Source of the DNA: an uncultured bacterium
GTDB taxonomy: Bacteria > Patescibacteriota > Minisyncoccia > UBA6257 > GWB1-50-10
Reading direction: 5' to 3'
Length of the DNA: 64,000 nt
Assembly (NCBI GenBank): GCA_903827975.1
Contig: CAIKKG010000001.1
Coordinates: forward strand, 26,175 to 90,174
Below, piece after piece: positions 59,498 through 64,000 of this stretch (position 1 is its first letter; each line of letters starts with the position of its first letter). A model generated the notes under the pieces. The model ran no database searches, was not told the DNA's origin, and saw only the letters and a program-made list of their open reading frames with translations. The translations under genes and the position numbers were made by a program.

Positions 59498-60226
59498 ATG
59501 ACCAAAGAAAAGGAAATGACTAGTGAAATAGTGTCAGAACTCGTATCAGCCGGCGTTATCGCGGGCCATAAGCGTTCAAAGACACATCCAAAGATGAAAC
59601 CGTTTATCGCGTTGAACCGCAACGAGATAGATTTTTTGGATCCTGATTCAACAATCTCAAGCATCGATGATGCTGTAGAGTTTATTGCAGGAAGACTCGG
59701 CCCAGAAGATTTTATGTTGTGTATTGGAACAACTGTTCCTGCACGCGAAACACTTCTTGCGTTTGCTGAGCACTTTCAGTTCCCATATGTTATTACAAGA
59801 TGGCTTGGTGGAACACTAACAAACTTCAAGGTCATTAATGACAGAATGAAGTATTATGTTGATCTAAAAGCAAAGAAAGAGAAGGGTGAGTTAGATAAGT
59901 ATACAAAGAAAGAACAGCTTAAGTTTTCCGAAAAGATTATAAAGCTTTCAGTATCGTTTGATGGTTTGTTAAAAATGACAAAACTTCCTGCGATTGTATT
60001 CGTTATCGACCCAGCAGTAAACGACACAGTAGTTAAGGAGGCAAAACTTTTGAAGATTCCTGTAGTAGCAATCCTTGATACGAACGATAATCCTAAGGAA
60101 ATAAACAAACCGATTTTTGCCAACGATCACACAAAGCAAAGCATCGAGTGGGTAATGAATAAGATAAAGACTGGTGTTGATGCTGCAAAGATTGAGATGA
60201 TGAAGAAGGAGACGGTTATCAAATAA
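59498..60226 (+). CDS. rpsB: 30S ribosomal protein S2
   Basis: HPKMKPFI, RWLGGTLTNF, DTNDNP, AND. Confidence 0.95.
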   Translation: MTKEKEMTSEIVSELVSAGVIAGHKRSKTHPKMKPFIALNRNEIDFLDPDSTISSIDDAVEFIAGRLGPEDFMLCIGTTVPARETLLAFAEHFQFPYVITRWLGGTLTNFKVINDRMKYYVDLKAKKEKGELDKYTKKEQLKFSEKIIKLSVSFDGLLKMTKLPAIVFVIDPAVNDTVVKEAKLLKIPVVAILDTNDNPKEINKPIFANDHTKQSIEWVMNKIKTGVDAAKIEMMKKETVIK

Positions 60227-60248
60227 ATAATATTTTAAATATACATAT

Positions 60249-60689
60249 ATGAGCGACGACATTAAGAAGTTGCGTGAGATGACGGGCGTAGGTGTCATGG
60301 AGTGCAAGAAAGCACTTGATGACGCAGGAGGCGATTTTGATAAGGCAATAGCACTTATTAACGAGAGAGGTATTGCAAGAGCTGATTCAAAAGCACACAG
60401 AACTGCAGGCGCAGGAATGTTGAAGTCATATATTCACAACGGACGCGTAGCAGTCTTGCTACAGATTCACGCAGAGACAGATTTCGTTTTGAAATCAGAT
60501 CCTTTCCAGGAACTAGCACATGATGTAGCAATGCATATTGCTGCAATGAATCCGGATTCAGTGGAAACTCTTCTTACTCAGCCATTCGTAAAGAATGAGT
60601 CAGTTGTCATTGGTGATCTTATAAAAGGCGTAACAGCAAAAGTAGGTGAGAATATTAAGGTAGAGCGTTTCTGCAGATACGAAGTATAA
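60249..60689 (+). CDS. tsf: Elongation factor Ts (very short form)
   Basis: IKKLREMTGVGVMECKKAL, ETDFV, MHIAAMNP, GENIKVERF. Confidence 0.93.
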   Translation: MSDDIKKLREMTGVGVMECKKALDDAGGDFDKAIALINERGIARADSKAHRTAGAGMLKSYIHNGRVAVLLQIHAETDFVLKSDPFQELAHDVAMHIAAMNPDSVETLLTQPFVKNESVVIGDLIKGVTAKVGENIKVERFCRYEV

Positions 60690-60711
60690 TTATTCGTAAA
60701 AATTACGAGGC

Positions 60712-61038
60712 ATGTTCACATTTCTTCTCCAAATTACAATGGTGGTATGTCTCGGTTTTATAGTGTATCTTTTTGGCAGGGTAGTGCCGCGTATTAGCGA
60801 CGCGGATATTGAAAAAGCAAAAGAGCAATCACTATTCCATTGGCTTGTTGGTTATTTCGAACAGGTTGATGTATGGCTTCTCGGGCTTTTCGAAAAGTTC
60901 TTGAGGAGATTTCACGTAGCAATTTTGAAAGTTGATAATGTTGTTACAAAGAAACTTGGACGTTTTAGAAGAGATGCAGATAAGCAGACAGGGTTTGCAG
61001 TTGAGGAGAAGAAGGAGGAAGAGGCTAGTGATAAGTAA
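60712..61038 (+). CDS. Hypothetical membrane-anchored protein
   Basis: N-terminal TM, charged C-terminus. Confidence 0.65.
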   Translation: MFTFLLQITMVVCLGFIVYLFGRVVPRISDADIEKAKEQSLFHWLVGYFEQVDVWLLGLFEKFLRRFHVAILKVDNVVTKKLGRFRRDADKQTGFAVEEKKEEEASDK

Positions 61039-61097
61039 CTAGGAATTGTATAGCGCATACAACTCGTGGTATTGTTGCAGAAGTAAGATTTTTAAAA

Positions 61098-61188
61098 AAT
61101 ATGCGCAGCCACCGCCTATGGCGGGGTCTCGTCAGAACGAGAGTGACAGAGTGGTCAATTGTACCCCGCTGTAAGCGGGGCGCCTTCG
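61098..61188 (+). repeat. Modified copy of the tRNA-Tyr 5' half (tRNA mimic) upstream of the GIY-YIG gene
   Basis: AATATGCGCAG + 34-nt two-hairpin insert + GTGACAGAGTGGTCAATTGTA + CCCCG-CTGTAAG-CGGGG + CGCCTTCG, matching 61430-61486. Confidence 0.85.
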
Positions 61189-61195
61189 AAGGAAT

Positions 61196-61444
61196 ATGTG
61201 GTTTGTCTACATTTTAAAAAGTTTGAAGGATGGGCGATATTATATCGGATCAACTTCCGATATTGAAAAGCGAGTAGAGCGCCATAATCATGGGGGTAAC
61301 GTTTCTACAAAAAATCGTAGACCACTTGAATTAGTTTATTTTGAATCATACAATACACGTGTAGATGCTACTCATCGCGAGAGAGTAATAAAGAGCTACA
61401 AAGGCGGCGAGGCGTTTGGCAAATTAGTTAATATGCGCAGGTGA
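61196..61444 (+). CDS. Small stand-alone GIY-YIG nuclease
   Basis: FVYIL..RYYIGST..RVERHN..ATHRE; its last codons and TGA stop lie inside the tRNA-Tyr 5' end. Confidence 0.9.
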   Translation: MWFVYILKSLKDGRYYIGSTSDIEKRVERHNHGGNVSTKNRRPLELVYFESYNTRVDATHRERVIKSYKGGEAFGKLVNMRR

Positions 61445-61517
61445 CAGAGTGGTCAATTGTAATAGACTGTAAATCTATCGCCTTCGGGCTACGGAGGTTC
61501 GAATCCTCCCCTGCGCA
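61435..61517 (+). tRNA. tRNA-Tyr(GTA)
   Basis: GCGCAGG..ATAGA-CTGTAAA-TCTAT..GGAGG-TTCGAAT-CCTCC-CCTGCGC-A; long variable arm. Confidence 0.95.
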
Positions 61518-61520
61518 CAA

Positions 61521-61697
61521 ATATAATAAAAACTTCCTAATCAGGAAGTTTTTATTATATCTAGTATTGGAGGATTCGAACCGCGGGCCGCAGTCCCCGA
61601 AGAGGGGACGCAGGTTTCGAGTTCAGTAGAACGAGAGGCGAATCCTCCCCTGCGCACAAATGTAATAAAACCCCCGCGAAAGCGGGGGTTTGTTATT
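61521..61697 (+). repeat. tRNA-Tyr-derived structured downstream element
   Basis: 18-bp hairpin 61521-61560; inverted T-arm copy 61569-61582; small hairpins; 23-bp direct repeat 61639-61661 = 61500-61522; terminator 61663-61697. Confidence 0.85.
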
Positions 61698-61704
61698 AAA
61701 TAAA

Positions 61705-63093
61705 CTATTTATAATCATTCAGCATTTTTTCCGTAACGCCATTTGCACTAATAATGTCACGATAGAGATATGCGGATTTGCGCACCGTCCGCACATTCGT
61801 GCGAGTATTAACGGCAATCAATCCGAATGCTGAGACATGGAACTTCTCCCACTCGAAATTATCTGCAAGCGTCCAGTAGAAGTAACCAATAATTGGTGAT
61901 GCAGTATTTTTCAACTCTTCGGATACCACATGTAGTTCACGAAGGTGATCAATAATGAATTTGCCACGCAACTTATCGGTTCGGTCACCAATTCCATTTT
62001 CAGTAATGATGATTGGTTTACCGTACTTCTTATATCGCATTGCAAGAAGGCGAATTCCCTCAGGGAAGACAACCATGCCTTCCTCCGTGACTTTTCCTTT
62101 CGGTCTGTGATATGAGGCCGCTATTGGCATGTTATTGCGCCCAGGAGCTATCTCACTATATGCGACGACGCACGGACTGTAATAATTAATTCCGATATAT
62201 TCGACGTGATCACAAAGCGCATCCATCATTGCCCGCCCCTTGGCATCAAGAAGCTCAGCAACACGAACGTCATCGCGATCATTACTATTGCGTGGAATAT
62301 ATAGATGGTCAAAATATGCTACACCAACCTCAGGCTTTATGAACGCAGTATTTAACTCTCGATGAATTTCCTTATAGGCAAGCTTATGAGCGCGAATAAT
62401 ATTCCACTCGGCTCGATTTGCTCCAGCAATGTCCATTTTCTTAAGTGGAGGCCAGAGCCCATTCAGATATCCCATCTCAATAGGAACCATAGGCTCATTG
62501 AATGTCATCCACCGTTTAATTTTTAAAGGGCGCATTTTTGCGGCAACTCGTTTTGCATATATAGAGAAAAGAGCGGGGAAATTTTCGCTTTCAAGTCCAC
62601 CCTTATCAGCAACCCATTTTGGTATGGTAAGGTGATGAAGGTTTATGAGTGGTCGTATTTTCTGACTCTCAATTTCTAAAGCAAGATCATAATAGCGACT
62701 AAGTTCCTTCTCATCCCACAAGCCTTCCTGTGGCTCTACGCGAGCCCACTCAATAGAAAAGCGTAACTCTTGAATTCCAATTTCTCTTGCATGCTTAATG
62801 TCTTCTTTTGTGAGACCTGGGTGAGTGGGGTGAGATTTTTTGTACTTACTCCAAGCATCCCAGTCAGTTTTTCCATTTCCGCCGTCAGTCTGGAATGCAG
62901 ATGTGGCGACACCCCAGGTAAAATTCTCAGAGAAAATAAGATCGTTTTTTGAAGCTTTGTTTTCACGCACCGAGATATTTGGAAGTGATTTAGTAGAATT
63001 GACGCGGCTATGAGAGGGACAATATTTCAGAGGAATAAGAAGAACAAGAACAAGCAAAAGAAAGTGCACTCTTGAGCGGTTGAAGAATTTCAT
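61705..63093 (-). CDS. Glycoside hydrolase family 1 (beta-glucosidase-like) with signal/anchor sequence
   Basis: FTWGVATSAFQ, RFSIEWARVEP, catalytic TFNEP and ITENG, DNFEW. Confidence 0.92.
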   Translation of the reverse strand: MKFFNRSRVHFLLLVLVLLIPLKYCPSHSRVNSTKSLPNISVRENKASKNDLIFSENFTWGVATSAFQTDGGNGKTDWDAWSKYKKSHPTHPGLTKEDIKHAREIGIQELRFSIEWARVEPQEGLWDEKELSRYYDLALEIESQKIRPLINLHHLTIPKWVADKGGLESENFPALFSIYAKRVAAKMRPLKIKRWMTFNEPMVPIEMGYLNGLWPPLKKMDIAGANRAEWNIIRAHKLAYKEIHRELNTAFIKPEVGVAYFDHLYIPRNSNDRDDVRVAELLDAKGRAMMDALCDHVEYIGINYYSPCVVAYSEIAPGRNNMPIAASYHRPKGKVTEEGMVVFPEGIRLLAMRYKKYGKPIIITENGIGDRTDKLRGKFIIDHLRELHVVSEELKNTASPIIGYFYWTLADNFEWEKFHVSAFGLIAVNTRTNVRTVRKSAYLYRDIISANGVTEKMLNDYK

Positions 63094-63288
63094 TTCTTCT
63101 CCTTTTTGTTTGAATGTTTTTTAGTTCTAGAAGTAGATTAATGATTGTATCGCATTTGGCGATAAAAAAGGTTGGTAAATATCTGACCATATATTAGGAT
63201 TTTGTGGAGAATACTTCAATGGGGTGTGGTATATTCTGAGTATTGCGGTGTTTGATAAAATTTGATAAATTTACCTATGTATTTACTT

Positions 63289-63360
63289 GCCACCTTAGCT
63301 CAGCGGTAGAGCAACGCTTTTGTAAAGCGTGGGTCCTCGGTTCAAATCCGAGAGGTGGCT
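63289..63360 (+). tRNA. tRNA-Thr(TGT)
   Basis: GCCACCT-TAGCTCAGCGGTAGAGC-A-ACGCT-TTTGTAA-AGCGT..CTCGG-TTCAAAT-CCGAG-AGGTGGC-T. Confidence 0.95.
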
Positions 63361-63505
63361 CACTTAGATTTTGCCACACGTAGTGTTCGCAAAATAAAGT
63401 GCCCCGAAGAAGCGAAGCGTAAGCGGGGCATTGAAAGGATTTGAACCACTAATACTTGCTATTAACAGTACCGCATAAGAGGGTATAATTAGTTTGATAT
63501 ACATT

Positions 63506-64000
63506 ATGGAAAGACCAATAATCGAAGTAAAAAATCTCGTAAGAAAATTTGATGAATTAATAGCCGTGAACGACGTCTCATTCGATGTGAAGAAAGGTGA
63601 GATTTTTGCATTCCTAGGGCCAAACGGTGCGGGCAAGTCAACGACAATTAAAATACTTACGACACTACTTAATCCAACTTACGGAAGTGTAAGGGTAAAT
63701 GGATTCGATGTGGTGAATAATGAGGATGATGTACGTCATTCATTTGGAATCGTATTTCAGGATCCAAGCCTAGATGATGAACTTACCGCGTGGGAGAACA
63801 TGGAATTTCATGGCGTGCTTTATGGTGTTCCTAAGGCGATTAGAAATAGTAAAATCGAGGAGCTTATGAAGTTCGTCGAACTGTGGGACCGTAAAGACGA
63901 GATAGTAAAGAATTTTTCAGGAGGAATGAAGCGGCGCTTAGAAATCGCACGTGGACTTTTGCATCACCCAAAGATTTTATTTTTAGATGAACCAACGCTT
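63506..64000 (+). CDS. ABC-2 type exporter ATP-binding protein (DrrA-like), 3' partial
   Basis: Translated by hand: Walker A GPNGAGKST, signature FSGGMKRRL, Walker B LFLDEP; runs off the window. Confidence 0.9.
   Translation, partial: MERPIIEVKNLVRKFDELIAVNDVSFDVKKGEIFAFLGPNGAGKSTTIKILTTLLNPTYGSVRVNGFDVVNNEDDVRHSFGIVFQDPSLDDELTAWENMEFHGVLYGVPKAIRNSKIEELMKFVELWDRKDEIVKNFSGGMKRRLEIARGLLHHPKILFLDEPTL

Noticed and set aside
61441-61629. 62-aa ORF from the track
   Set aside because: It overlaps tRNA-Tyr and its downstream hairpins; spurious.
1-64000. CRISPR or other regularly spaced guide-type array
   Set aside because: By eye I found no run of three or more short direct repeats with unique spacers, and no cas-like ORF; the only tandem repeats are the intragenic 258-bp units.
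1-64000. Alternative genetic code (TGA=Gly) or inteins/introns in dnaE and gyrB
   Set aside because: Core genes are full length under code 11, TGA ends genes such as parA and mreC, and the lengths leave no room for inteins.

Overview
AT-rich, densely coding bacterial chromosome segment in genetic code 11 (TGA is used as a stop). Reduced housekeeping proteins, scattered operons, several type IV prepilin-like genes and tRNAs lacking an encoded CCA suggest a Patescibacteria/CPR (Parcubacteria-like) genome; this taxonomy is inference. Most of the window is core genes: parAB, rel, groESL, two mreB plus mreCD-mrdA, aminoacyl-tRNA synthetases, hrcA-grpE-dnaK-dnaJ, rplJL, mraZ-rsmH-ftsL-ftsI-murF, gyrB, secE-nusG-rplK, gatB, dnaE, lexA, rnc, a short smc, rpsP-trmD and rpsB-tsf, plus five tRNAs (Leu-CAA, Val-CAC, Glu-CTC, Tyr-GTA, Thr-TGT). 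The most unusual signal is non-coding. Three different tRNAs (Glu, Tyr, Thr) are each followed by hairpins and an inverted copy of their own T-arm; Glu and Tyr also carry a direct copy of their own 3' end. At tRNA-Tyr, a small GIY-YIG nuclease gene sits between a re-paired, hairpin-interrupted copy of the tRNA 5' half and the intact tRNA, which suggests a tRNA-anchored nuclease/tRNA-mimic repeat system. Other candidates are a promoter-preceded, G-U-rich double-hairpin RNA between parA and parB, a palindromic operator upstream of lexA, an array of self-contained small membrane-protein cassettes, and pilin-adhesin fusions. No CRISPR array, integrase or transposase was seen.
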